Source of the DNA: Eledone cirrhosa
Lineage: Eukaryota
DNA: 64,000 bases
Assembly: GCA_964016885.1 (NCBI GenBank)
Contig: OZ024743.1
Coordinates: forward strand, 376,774,001 to 376,838,000
Direction: 5' to 3'
The notes below the pieces were generated by a model, which did no database searches, had not been told where the DNA came from, and saw only the letters and a list, made by a program, of their open reading frames with translations. Below, in pieces: positions 1 through 12,279 of this stretch (position 1 is the first letter of the stretch; the number at the start of each line of letters is the position of its first letter). A program made the translations under genes and the position numbers.

Positions 1-3000
1 TGTGTATGTGTGTGTGTGTGGTAGATTGGATATGTGTGTATGTCTGTGTGTGAGGTAGATTGGATATGTGTGTATGTCTGTGTGTGAGGTAGATTGGAGA
101 TGTGTGTATGTGTGTGTGTGTGGTAGATTGGATATGTGTGTATGTGTGTGTGTGTGGTAGATTGGATATGTGTGTATGTGTGTGTGTGCGGTAGATTGGA
201 TATGTGTGTATGTGTGTGTGTGTGGTAGATTGGATATGTGTGTATGTGTGTGTGTGAGGTAGATTGGATATGTGTGTATGTGTGTGTGTGAGGTAGATTG
301 GATATGTGTGTATGTGTGTGTGTGTGGTAGATTGGATATGTGTGTATGTGTGTGTGTGTGGTAGATTGGATATGTGTGTATGTCTGTGTGTGAGGTAGAT
401 TGGAGATGTGTGTATGTGTGTGTGTGTGGTAGATTGGATATGTGTGTATGTGTGTGTGTGCGGTAGATTGGATATGTGTGTATGTCTGTGTGTGAGGTAG
501 ATTGGATATGTGTGTATGTGTGTGAGGTAGATTGGATATGTGTGTATGTGTGTGTGTGAGGTAGATTGGATATGTGTGTATGTGTGTGTGTGAGGTAGAT
601 TGGATATGTGTGTATGTGTGTGTGTGAGGTAGATTGGATATGTGTGTATGTGTGTGTGTGTGGTAGATTAGATATGTGTGTATGTGTGTGTGTGAGGTAG
701 ATTGTATATGTGTGTATGTGTGTGTGTGTGGTAGATTGGATATGTGTGTATGTGTGTGTGTGAGGTAGATTGGATATGTGTGTATGTCTGTGTGTGAGGT
801 AGATTGGATATGTGTGTATGTGTGTGTGTGTGGTAGATTGGATATGTGTGTATGTGTGTGTGTGTGGTAGATTGGATATGTGTGTATGTCTGTGTGTGAG
901 GTAGATTCGATATGTGTGTATGTCTGTGTGTGAGGTAGATTCGATATGTGTGTATGTGTGTGTGTGAGGTAGATTGGATATGTGTGTATGTGTGTGTGTG
1001 AGGTAGATTGGATATGTGTGTATGTGTGTGTGTGTGTGGTAGATTGGATATGTGTGTATGTCTGTGTGTGAGGTAGATTGGATATGTGTGTATGTGTGTG
1101 TGTGAGGTAGATTGGATATGTGTGTATGTGTGTGTGTGAGGTAGATTGGATATGTGTGTATGTGTGTGTGTGTGGTAGATTGGATATGTGTGTATGTGTG
1201 TGTGTGAGGTAGATTGGATATGTGTGTATGTGTGTGTGTGTGGTAGATTGGATATGTGTGTATGTCTGTGTGTGAGGTAGATTGGATATGTGTGTATGTC
1301 TGTGTGTGAGGTAGATTGGATATGTGTGTATGTGTGTGTGTGTGGTAGATTGGATATGTGTGTATGTGTGTGTGTGAGGTAGATTGGATATGTGTGTATG
1401 TGTGTGTGTGTGGTAGATTGGATATGTGTGTATGTCTGTGTGTGAGGTAGATTGGATATGTGTGTATGTCTGTGTGTGAGGTAGATTGGATATGTGTGTA
1501 TGTGTGTGTGTGAGGTAGATTGGATATGTGTGTATGTGTGTGTGTGAGGTAGATTGGATATTTGTGTATGTGTGTGTGTGTGGTAGATTGGATATGTGTG
1601 TATGTGTGTGTGTGAGGTAGATTGGATATGTGTGTATGTGTGTGTGTGTGGTAGATTGGATATGTGTGTATGTCTGTGTGTGAGGTAGATTGGAGATGTG
1701 TGTATGTGTGTGTGTGTGGTAGATTGGATATGTGTGTATGTGTGTGTGTGAGGTAGATTGGATATGTGTGTATGTGTGTGTGTGTGGTAGATTGGATATG
1801 TGTGTATGTGTGTGTGTGAGGTAGATTGGATATGTGTGTATGTGTGTGTGTGTGGTAGATTGGATATGTGTGTATGTCTGTGTGTGAGGTAGATTGGATA
1901 TGTGTGTATGTCTGTGTGTGAGGTAGATTGGATATGTGTGTATGTGTGTGTGTGTGGTAGATTGGATATGTGTGTATGTGTGTGTGTGAGGTAGATTGGA
2001 TATGTGTGTATGTGTGTGTGTGTGGTAGATTGGATATGTGTGTATGTCTGTGTGTGAGGTAGATTGGATATGTGTGTATGTCTGTGTGTGAGGTAGATTG
2101 GATATGTGTGTATGTGTGTGTGTGAGGTAGATTGGATATGTGTGTATGTGTGTGTGTGAGGTAGATTGGATATGTGTGTATGTGTGTGTGTGTGGTAGAT
2201 TGGATATGTGTGTATGTGTGTGTGTGAGGTAGATTGGATATGTGTGTATGTGTGTGTGTGTGGTAGATTGGATATGTGTGTATGTCTGTGTGTGAGGTAG
2301 ATTGGAGATGTGTGTATGTGTGTGTGTGTGGTAGATTGGATATGTGTGTATGTGTGTGTGTGCGGTAGATTGGATATGTGTGTATGTCTGTGTGTGAGGT
2401 AGATTGAATATGTGTGTATGTGTGTGAGGTAGATTGGATATGTGTGTATGTGTGTGTGTGAGGTAGATTGGATATGTGTGTATGTGTGTGTGTGAGGTAG
2501 ATTGGATATGTGTGTATGTGTGTGTGTGAGGTAGATTGGATATGTGTGTATGTGTGTGTGTGTGGTAGATTAGATATGTGTGTATGTGTGTGTGTGAGGT
2601 AGATTGTATATGTGTGTATGTGTGTGTGTGTGGTAGATTGGATATGTGTGTATGTGTGTGTGTGAGGTAGATTGGATATGTGTGTATGTCTGTGTGTGAG
2701 GTAGATTGGATATGTGTGTATGTGTGTGTGTGTGGTAGATTGGATATGTGTGTATGTGTGTGTGTGTGGTAGATTGGATATGTGTGTATGTCTGTGTGTG
2801 AGGTAGATTCGATATGTGTGTATGTCTGTGTGTGAGGTAGATTCGATATGTGTGTATGTGTGTGTGTGAGGTAGATTGGATATGTGTGTATGTGTGTGTG
2901 TGAGGTAGATTGGATATGTGTGTATGTGTGTGTGTGTGGTAGATTGGATATGTGTGTATGTCTGTGTGTGAGGTAGATTGGATATGTGTGTATGTGTGTG

Positions 3001-6000
3001 TGTGAGGTAGATTGGATATGTGTGTATGTGTGTGTGTGAGGTAGATTGGATATGTGTGTATGTGTGTGTGTGAGGTAGATTGGATATGTGTGTATGTGTG
3101 TGTGTGAGGTAGATTGGATATGTGTGTATGTGTGTGTGTGAGGTAGATTGGATATGTGTGTATGTGTGTGTGTGTGGTAGATTGGATATGTGTGTATGTG
3201 TGTGTGTGAGGTAGATTGGATATGTGTGTATGTGTGTGTGTGTTGTAGATTGGATATGTGTGTATGTCTGTGTGTGAGGTAGATTGGATATGTGTGTATG
3301 TCTGTGTGTGAGGTAGATTGGATATGTGTGTATGTGTGTGTGTGTGGTAGATTGGATATGTGTGTATGTGTGTGTGTGAGGTAGATTGGATATGTGTGTA
3401 TGTGTGTGTGTGTGGTAGATTGGATATGTGTGTATGTCTGTGTGTGAGGTAGATTGGATATGTGTGTATGTCTGTGTGTGAGGTAGATTGGATATGTGTG
3501 TATGTGTGTGTGTGAGGTAGATTGGATATGTGTGTATGTGTGTGTGTGAGGTAGATTGGATATTTGTGTATGTGTGTGTGTGTGGTAGATTGGATATGTG
3601 TGTATGTGTGTGTGTGAGGTAGATTGGATATGTGTGTATGTGTGTGTGTGTGGTAGATTGGATATGTGTGTATGTCTGTGTGTGAGGTAGATTGGAGATG
3701 TGTGTATGTGTGTGTGTGTGGTAGATTGGATATGTGCGTATGTGTGTGTGTGAGGTAGATTGGATATGTGTGTATGTGTGTGTGTGTGGTAGATTGGATA
3801 TGTGTGTATGTGTGTGTGTGAGGTAGATTGGATATGTGTGTATGTGTGTGTGTGTGGTAGATTGGATATGTGTGTATGTCTGTGTGTGAGGTAGATTGGA
3901 TATGTGTGTATGTCTGTGTGTTAGGTAGATTGGATATGTGTGTATGTGTGTGTGTGAGGTAGATTGGATATGTGTGTATGTGTGTGTGTGTGGTAGATTG
4001 GATATGTGTGTATGTCTGTGTGTGAGGTAGATTGGATATGTGTGTATGTCTGTGTGTTATGTAGATTGGATATGTGTGTATGTGTGTGTGTGAGGTAGAT
4101 TGGATATGTGTGTATGTCTGTGTGTGAGGTAGATTGGATATGTGTGTATGTGTGTGTGTGAGGTAGATTGGATATGTGTGTATGTGTGTGTGTGAGGTAG
4201 ATTGGATATGTGTGTATGTGTGTGTGTGAGGTAGATTGGATATGTGTGTATGTGTGTGTGTGAGGTAGATTGGATATGTGTGTATGTCTGTGTGTGAGGT
4301 AGATTGGATATGTGTGTATGTGTGTGTGTGAGGTAGATTGGATATGTGTGTATGTGTGTGTGTGAGGTAGATTCGATATGTGTGTATGTGTGTGTGTGTG
4401 GTAGATTGGATATGTGTGTATGTGTGTGTGTGAGGTAGATTGGATATGTGTGTATGTGTGTGTGTGTGGTAGATTGGATATGTGTTTATGTCTGTGTGTA
4501 AGGTAGATTGGATATGTGTGTATGTGTGTGTGTGAGGTAGATTGGATATGTGTGTATGTGTGTGTGTGTGGTAGATTGGATATGTGTGTATGTGTGTGTG
4601 TGAGGTAGATTGGATATGTGTGTATGTGTGTGTGTGTGGTAGATTGGATATGTGTGTATGTCTGTGTGTGTGGTAGATTGGATATGTGTGTATGTGTGTG
4701 TGTGAGGTAGATTGGATATGTGTGTATGTGCGTGTGTGAGGTAGATTGGATATGTGTGTATGTGTGTGTGTGTGGTAGATTGGATATGTGTGTATGTCTG
4801 TGTGTGAGGTAGATTGGATATGTGTGTATGTGTGTGTGTCTGGTAGATTGGATATGTGTGTATGTGTGTGTGTGTGGTAGATTGGATATGTGTGTATGTC
4901 TGTGTGTGAGGTAGATTGGATATGTGTGTATGTCTGTGTGTGTGGTAGATTGGATATGTGTGTATGTCTGTGTGTGAGGTAGATTGGATATGTGTGTATG
5001 TGTGTGTGTGAGGTAGATTGGATATGTGTGTATGTCTGTGTGTGAGGTAGATTGGATATGTGTGTATGTGTGTGTGTGAGGTAGATTGGATATGTGTGTA
5101 TGTGTGTGTGTGAGGTAGATTCGATATGTGTGTATGTGTGTGTGTGAGGCAGATTGGATATGTGTGTATGTCTGTGTGTGAGGTAGATTGGATATGTGTG
5201 TATGTGTGTGTGTGAGGTAGATTGGATATGTGTGTATGTCCGTGTGTGAGGTAGATTGGATATGTGTGTATGTGTGTGTGTGAGGTAGATTGGATATGTG
5301 TGTATGTGTGTGTGTGTGGTAGATTGGATATGTGTGTATGTCTGTGTGTGAGGTAGATTGGATATGTGTGTATGTGTGTGTGTGAGGTAGATTGGATATG
5401 TGTGTATGTGTGTGTGTGTGGTAGATTGGATATGTGTGTATGTGTGTGTGTGAGGTAGATTGGATATGTATGTATGTGTGTGTGTGTGGTAGATTGGATA
5501 TGTGTGTATGTCTGTATGTGTGGTAGATTGGATATGTGTGTATGTGTGTGTGTGAGGTAGATTGGATATGTGTGTATGTGTGTGTGTGAGGTAGATTGGA
5601 TATGTGTGTATGTGTGTGGTAGATTGGATATGTGTGTATGTCTGTGTGTGAGGTAGATTGGATATGTGTGTATGTGTGTGTGTGTGGTAGATTGGATATG
5701 TGTGTATGTGTGTGTCTGTGGTATATTGGATATGTGTGTATGTCTGTGTGTGAGGTAGATTGGATATGTGTGTATGTCTGTGTGTGTGGTAGATTGGATA
5801 TGTGTGTATGTGTGTGTGTGTGGTATATTGGATATGTGTGTATGTCTGTGTGTGAGGTAGATTGGATATGTGTGTATGTCTGTGTGTGAGGTAGATTGGA
5901 TATGCGTGTATGTCTGTGTGTGAGGTTGATTGGATATGTGTGTATGTGTGTGTGTGAGGTAGATTGGATATGTGTGTATGTGTGTGTGTGAGGTAGATTC

Positions 6001-7262
6001 GATATGTGTGTATGTGTGTGTGTTAGGTAGATTGGATATGTGTGTATGTCTGTGTGTGAGGTAGATTGGATATGTGTGTATGTGTGTGTGAGGTAGATTG
6101 GATATGTGTGTATGTCTGTGTGTTGAGGTAGATTGGATATGTGTGTATGTGTGTGTGTGAGGTAGATTGGTTATGTGTGTATGTGTGTGTGAGGTAGATT
6201 GGATATGTGTGTATGTGTGTGTGTGAGGTAGATTGGATATGTGTGTATGTGTGTGTGTGAGGTAGATTGGATATGTGTGTATGTGTGTGTGTGAGGTAGA
6301 TTGGATATGTGTGTATGTGTGTGTGTGAGGTAGATTGGATATGTGTGTATGTGTGTGTGTGAGGGAGATTGGATATGTGTGTATGTGTGTGTGTGAGGTA
6401 GATTGGATATGTGTGTATGTGTGTGTGTGAGGTAGATTGGATATGTGTGTATGTGTGTGCGAGGTAGATTGGATATGTGTGTATGTGTGTGTGAGGTAGA
6501 TTGGATATGTGTGTATGTGTGTGTGTGAGCGAGATTGGATACGTGTGTATGTGTGTGTGTGAGGTAGATTGGATATGTGTGTATGTGTGTGTGTGAGGTA
6601 GATTGGATATGTGTGTATGTCTGTGTGTGAGGTAGATTGGATATGTGTGTATGTGTGTGTGTGAGGTAGATTGGATATGTGTGTATGTGTGTGTGTGAGG
6701 TAGATTGGATATGTGTGTATGTGTGTGTGTGAGGTAGATTGGATATGTGTGTACGTGTGTGTGTGAGGTAGATAGGATATGTGTGTATGTGTGTGTGTGT
6801 GGTAGATTGGATATGTGTGTATGTGTGTGTGTAAGGTAGATTGGATATGTGTGTATGTGTGTGTGTGAGGTAGATTGGATATGTGTGTATGTCTGTGTGT
6901 GAGGTAGATTGGATATGTGTGTATGTGTGTGTGTGAGGTAGATTGGATATGTGTGTACGTGTGTGTGTGAGGTAGATAGGATATGTGTGTATGTGTGTGT
7001 GTGTGGTAGATTGGATATGTGTGTATGTGTGTGTGTAAGGTAGATTGGATATGTGTGTATGTGTGTGTGTGAGGTAGATTGGATATGTGTGTATGTGTGT
7101 GTGTGAGGTAGATTGGATATGTGTGTATGTGTGTGTGTGAGGTAGATTGGATATGTGTGTATGTGTGTGTGTAAGGTAGATTGGATATGTGTGTATGTGT
7201 GTGTGTGAGCTAGATTGGATATGTGTGTATGTGTGTGTGTGAGGTAGATTGGATATGTGTGT
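1..7262. repeat. 34-bp minisatellite array (about 210 copies), continues off the 5' end of the window
   Basis: Unit (A/T)GGTAGATTGGATATGTGTGTATGT(G/C)TGTGTGTG; unit starts measured 34 bp apart (1105/1139, 1921/1955). A few units differ in TG count. Confidence 0.98.
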
Positions 7263-7419
7263 ATGTATGTATGTGCGAGAGAGAATGAATGTGTATGCGC
7301 GTATGTGCCTGTGTATGTGTATATATGTGTGTGTGAAGGAGAATGAATGCGTATGTGTGTGTGTATGTGTGTATATAGGTGTGTGTGTATGTTAGCTAAA
7401 TAATTAGATTAGATAACAT

Positions 7420-7487
7420 AGAAAGAACAAGATAGAGAAAGAGAGAAAAAGAGAGAGAAAGAGAGAGTGAGAGAAAGGGAGAGAGAG
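7420..7487. repeat. Degenerate (GA)n/purine tract
   Basis: AGAGAGAAAG-type run seen directly. Confidence 0.85.
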
Positions 7488-7570
7488 CGGCTCCAGTGAA
7501 TTGGACAAGCCTTTTGCCATTGTGCCACCATTCAACACTCAATTGACGCTTTTTCTTCTCCTTTCTCTCT

Positions 7571-8100
7571 CATCATCATCATCCCCACCCTCCTCCTCTT
7601 CATTCCCATCATCATCCCCACCCTCCTCCTCTTCATTCCCATCATCATCCCCACCCTCCTCCTCTTCATTCCCATCATCATCCCCACCCTCCTCCTCTTC
7701 ATTCCCATCATCATCCCCACCCACCTCCTCTTCATTCCCATCATCATCCCCACCCTCCTCCTCTTCATTCCCATCATCATCCCCACCCACCTCCTCTTCA
7801 TTCCCATCATCATCCCCACCCTCCTCCTCTTCATTCCCATCATCATCCCCACCCACCTCCTCTTCATTCCCATCATCATCCCCACCCACCTCCTCTTCAT
7901 TCCCATCATCATCCCCACCCTCCTCCTCTTCATTCCCATCATCATCCCCACCCACCTCCTCTTCATTCCCATCATCATCCCCACCCACCTCCTCTTCATT
8001 CCCATCATCATCCCCACCCACCTCCTCTTCATTCCCATCATCATCCCCACCCTCCTCCTCTTCATTCCCATCATCATCCCCACCCTCCTCTTCTTCAACA
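7571..8100. repeat. 33-bp minisatellite (about 16 copies)
   Basis: Unit CATTCCCATCATCATCCCCACCC(T/A)CCTCCTCTT. It has no stops in several frames, which explains the 11-aa periodic ORFs at 7501, 7532 and 7539. Confidence 0.97.
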
Positions 8101-8416
8101 TCATCACCATCTCTCTAAGGAAATCATCTAATATTTAGCGCACATAGTTTTTTTCGGGGGTTTTTTTCTCCCTTCATACTTGGCTAACAAAACAGCCATT
8201 TTGATTTCACCTTTTTACGTCTATTTATATATTTTCTGTACTGATATACTTTGTATATTTTATATTTCAATTTTTTTATTCACATCTTAACTCACATAAG
8301 TGGCATACAGAAAGTATTTCTTTATGGTGGAATGCTGGAGTGCAAATATAGGGCTGAAAACACGCAACATAATATATATATATATGTGTGTGTGTGTGTA
8401 TGTATATATATATATA

Positions 8417-8733
8417 AACAAGATGGCGTAGGACAGAACAAAGGAGAGGCACAAAAACAAAGAAAAGAATCCCCAGTCACTGAAGAGGTCACAGAATGTG
8501 TGACGAAAGAACTTTGACAATATATGAACAACCGTCCGGTTATGGAACCAACCAACCAACCGGAAATTTATAAATTCTTAAGTTTATATATTTAATTTAT
8601 AATAAATAATTGGAGTGAAAGCAACTAGTGCGTGTCTTTCTTATTGGCAACACGACCCTCTCAAAGCATAACAATATCAGTTTCAACACACGTTTTCAGA
8701 TAAAGAATCTTGCTAAACAAATTCAGAAACGAA
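8417..8733 (+). mobile_element. (TA)n-flanked hammerhead-bearing module A (putative Penelope-like pLTR / non-autonomous retroelement)
   Basis: About 320 bp of unique sequence bounded by (TA)n on both sides. Contains a hammerhead fold and a downstream AATAAA at ~8601. Confidence 0.55.
8476..8518 (+). ncRNA. Type I hammerhead ribozyme motif (minimal)
   Basis: Stem I GTCA(8476-79)/TGAC(8515-18); CTGAAGA(8480-86) plus one extra G; stem II GTCACA/TGTGAC; GAAA(8505-08); short stem III AG-aa-CT; cleavage triplet CUU. Confidence 0.75.
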
Positions 8734-8886
8734 ATATATATATATATATATATATGCAAAAGTTTTATTTAAGATTGTTGGGTTACAACGAGTAAATATT
8801 TTATAACTGATATAAAAGCACTCGACAGTTTCTGGAGTAGGTTTACGATATTAAACAAATGGAAACTATATTTATAAAACCATATT

Positions 8887-8952
8887 TATTTCGTTATATA
8901 TATTTCTGGGATATCATATTAAAAATATGTTATGCCTTCCTCAGACAAAATA
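8887..8952 (-). ncRNA. Mirror copy of the 8969-9034 hammerhead motif on the minus strand
   Basis: Follows from the palindrome symmetry; TCCTCAG at 8938-8944 is the reverse complement of CTGAGGA. Confidence 0.6.
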
Positions 8953-8968
8953 CAATACGTATGTATTG

Positions 8969-9034
8969 TATTTTGTCTGAGGAAGGCATAACATATTTTT
9001 AATATGATATCCCAGAAATATATATAACGAAATA
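8969..9034 (+). ncRNA. Type I hammerhead ribozyme motif with atypical A.A at the base of stem II
   Basis: Stem I TATTTTGT(8969-76)/ACGAAATA(9027-34) with one G.U; CTGAGGA(8977-83); stem II 8985-9013 (11 of 13 paired); GAAA(9015-18); palindromic stem III ATATATAT; triplet AUA. Confidence 0.62.
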
Positions 9035-9074
9035 AATATGGTTTTATAAATATAGTTTCCATTTGTTTAATATC

Positions 9075-9118
<44 letters not shown>

Positions 9119-9122
<4 letters not shown>

Positions 9123-9393
9123 TTTGAGTATATGTTGGTTGTATACCAACACCATTGGTTGTATACCAACATATGATTCCAGTTCCTCAGAGAAATAACA
9201 ACCCAACCAGGAACTGGGCATATCAGAGTATTGACAAAGTTAAACACCTCAACAACATATGTACTCGTCTCTACCACACTAATTCGGACTGCCTGAAAAG
9301 GTCACAGCCAAAGATGGCTGTCACCGAAATATATATAGCAGTAATAAACGAAGCCAAATTTTAAACATTTGACTTATTTATTTTATTTTATTT
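9119..9393 (-). mobile_element. (TA)n-flanked module C, hairpin-rich, possible truncated hammerhead
   Basis: Bounded by (TA)n. Minus-strand CTGAGGA (9184-9190) is followed by a long stem (ATATGTTGGT...ACCAACATAT), but no intact GAAA or stem I partner was found. Confidence 0.35.

Positions 9394-9484
<91 letters not shown>
9394..9484. repeat. (TA)n(TG)n compound microsatellite
   Basis: Seen directly. Confidence 0.97.
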
Positions 9485-9487
<3 letters not shown>

Positions 9488-9772
9488 ATAATTTATTATT
9501 TTTTAAAATAATAACTTTTAAAAATAGAAAATAGCCAGACTGTCGGGATTGTGAGACTGGATCTGACATATTGAAAAGATATAGAGAAAATTAGTCAAAG
9601 ATGGGAGAAGGGAGAGATTTTGTTGTTTTGTTTAAATATGTGAAATGTATTGAATCCTTCTTTTAACTGTTTTTATGATATTTCAATAGGAATGATGATG
9701 ATAATGATGATGTTGAGGATGATGATAAAAATGACAAAAATAAAATAGTGATAAAGTATTGATTTCATCATC

Positions 9773-9953
9773 ATAATTGTTTCTGCTTTTGGTACAAGGC
9801 CAGCTATAAACTCAGTGTATTACTGGTACTTCATTTTATCGACCCCGTAAGGATGAAAGGCAAAGTTAACCTCGGCGGGATTTGGACTCAGAATGGCAAG
9901 GGCCGTAACTCAATTGGTCAAAGCATGGCGTCCGACCCTCTACCGATTACTGC
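9773..9953 (-). mobile_element. tRNA-derived SINE (family 1), near full length
   Basis: Reverse complement aligns with 19676-19858: A-box-like head, B-box-like GAGTCCAAATCC, central GCCTTTCATCCTTACGGGGTCGATAAAAT, tail GGCCTTGTACCAAAAGCAGAAACAATTAT. Confidence 0.85.
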
Positions 9954-10212
9954 TACATCATCATAATGACCATTATCATCATCATCCTCGACATTCTTCT
10001 AATCTTCCCCTCTATATGTATGTACGTATGTGTGTATATATATATATATATATGTGTATGTGTGTGTGAGTGTGTGTTTGATTGTATGTATATTTATGTA
10101 TACATGTATCTAAATATACATACATATATATAGAGGGAGATATAGATATGTGCGTGTTTGTATATATGTGTATATATACTCTTTTACCTGTTTCAGCCAT
10201 CCGGCTTAGGCC

Positions 10213-10247
<35 letters not shown>

Positions 10248-10959
10248 TAGTTTATATTACATTTATATTTATATTATATATTTATATTTATATGTATATA
10301 TTTTATTTATATTATATATTTTTTTATATTTATATTATATTTATATTTATATATCTACATAAACATTGGTAATAATTATCTGTCAGCAACAACCAGAAGG
10401 AAAGCTGGTGCCAGATGAGCGTAATGTCAGCATTGTGGCAAGTCAGCAGAGAGATATACATGATATATCATGAAAGTCTGCAGATGTATTTGATTCCTGC
10501 TACTCTAGACAGAACACAGCACATACAACACATAGACATACAACAGACATGTTTATTTAATTCACAGATAATAAAGACATCACTATTTATAAATAAACTG
10601 AAATGTTCACGAATTAGACTTCAAAATTATACAATTTTTTTTTTTTTATTATTATTCTTAAGTCTAAGCAGAGGAAATGCAGTACTTCTAACTATTTTCT
10701 ATTCAGAGATTCTGTGTTTATTATGTGGAATATGAAGAAAGAAGAGAAGTTATTCTGAAACTAGAGACCTGGCCTCATTACTTCCAACGAGTAGATTCAG
10801 TTATAGATAGTCATAGAACCAGATAGCGGTGTTAAACCGTGTATGAATCAAGTCTACCATCCGAAAAGGAGAAAAATCATCAGTGATGGATTTTTCCCAA
10901 GAGGTTTCCAGGGTATCGTGAAATTTTCCTCAAACTTTTGTCGGTCTAAGACTTTAGTA

Positions 10960-11040
10960 AAAGGCTCTGGCTCAGCAAGCTGCATTGCGGGATTGTATTT
11001 GAAACCATGTGGCTGCAAAGCAAATTTCTTAACCCAACAG
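10960..11040 (-). mobile_element. Degraded tRNA-like SINE head (family 2)
   Basis: Minus strand GGTTAAGAAATTTGCTTTGCAGCCACATGGTTTCAAATACAATCCCGC resembles a tRNA-derived SINE 5' end recalled from octopus repeats. Confidence 0.5.
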
Positions 11041-11299
11041 GCTTGTGGTATATATTCTGGTTCCGTGTATTCTGATTTCAAATCTCCTTGTGACTTTTGA
11101 CGGTAGTAAACTTAATCTGTCTCTTGACTGAATGCGTCCACGCTGCCTATGCAAGTCCTTTAGCATGTACCCTTACATTTGATCTGGGTCTCCCTCCTTC
11201 TCTTTCTTGTGTTAGTCTTACTGGCTCCTGAAAAGGGCCACCGGCACACACACACGTATATCTATATCTATATATATATAAATATTTGCGTATGTGTTA

Positions 11300-11550
11300 G
11301 TATGTGTGGAGAGACATTGTATGTCTGTATACGTATGTCACTGAGTATGTGTATCCTTCTGATACGTGTCCGTGTCCCATGTCTGTGTTTGTGGCTGTGT
11401 TTACGTGTATTGTCCAGTAATATAATGGTTTGACAAAAGAGATCGATGAAATAAGTAACAGATAAAAAGAAAAAATAAATACTGGGGTCGAAGGTGGTGC
11501 TCCAGCATGACCAGTCTAATTATTGAAACCAGTATAAGAAATAAAAGAAT
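11300..11550 (+). mobile_element. SINE 3' portion (family 2)
   Basis: TGTCTGTGTTTGT...TGTGTTTACGT...CAAAAGAGATCGATGAAATAAGTA...CTGGGGTCGAAGGTGGTGCTCCAGCATG...TGAAACCAGTA matches my recollection of an abundant octopus SINE tail; not database-checked. Confidence 0.65.
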
Positions 11551-11799
11551 GCTGGAATATATGAATGGAAAATCATTGTAGGGCCTTTTCTCATTGAATA
11601 ATTATCCAGCCCCTATTATGTAGGATAGATATAAGAAGGTTAAATTGAAAACTATAGGCTGTGGTTTCTATTGTCTTATTAATTGTTGTTCTTGTCGTTC
11701 TTCTTCTTTCCCATTGTGAAAAGATAATTAGGGTAAGTGGAATAATTAGAAATGAATACTAATGGCGTTTAGTTTAATAAGTATGAATATATCAATTAT

Positions 11800-11817
11800 C
11801 TCCCCCCTCTCTCTCTC

Positions 11818-11881
<64 letters not shown>

Positions 11882-11965
11882 CTGTGTGTGTTTATATGTA
11901 TTATATTTATGCGAGTGTGTCGATCTGGATCTGTATATATATATTTATATATTTATATATGCGTG

Positions 11966-12033
<68 letters not shown>

Positions 12034-12279
12034 CATATACATATATATATACATATACATATATATATATATATATGTATATGTATATATATACATATAC
12101 AAAAACATATACATAAACATATACATATACATATATATACATATATATATACATATATATTTATTTATTTATGTATGTATTTATGCATCTGCATGTATGT
12201 GTGTGTTTGTATCTGGTTAGTTGACTTGTTTCTTAAATTATATACATCTGTATGGCTCTCTCTCTCTCTCTCTCTCTCT

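Larger units (their letters stand above)
8756..9077 (+). mobile_element. (TA)n-flanked hammerhead-bearing module B with internal fold-back
   Basis: Bounded by (TA)n at 8734-8755 and 9075-9118. Its 5' part and post-ribozyme tail resemble module D (16457-16746). Confidence 0.6.
8844..9077. repeat. 234-bp palindrome (115-bp arms, 4-nt centre GTAT)
   Basis: TACGATATTAAACAAATGG...CAAAATACAATAC gtat GTATTGTATTTTG...CCATTTGTTTAATATCGTA; no arm mismatch found by eye. Confidence 0.97.

Noticed and set aside
5632-5889. 85-aa Cys/Val-rich ORF
   Set aside because: Translation of the 34-bp minisatellite.
7501-8118. Ser/Pro-rich, acidic and Met/Arg-rich ORFs on both strands
   Set aside because: They arise because the 33-bp unit is a multiple of three without stops; no convincing exon context.
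10873-10890. Minus-strand CTGATGA as another hammerhead
   Set aside because: No stem II, GAAA or stem I partner in the right arrangement.
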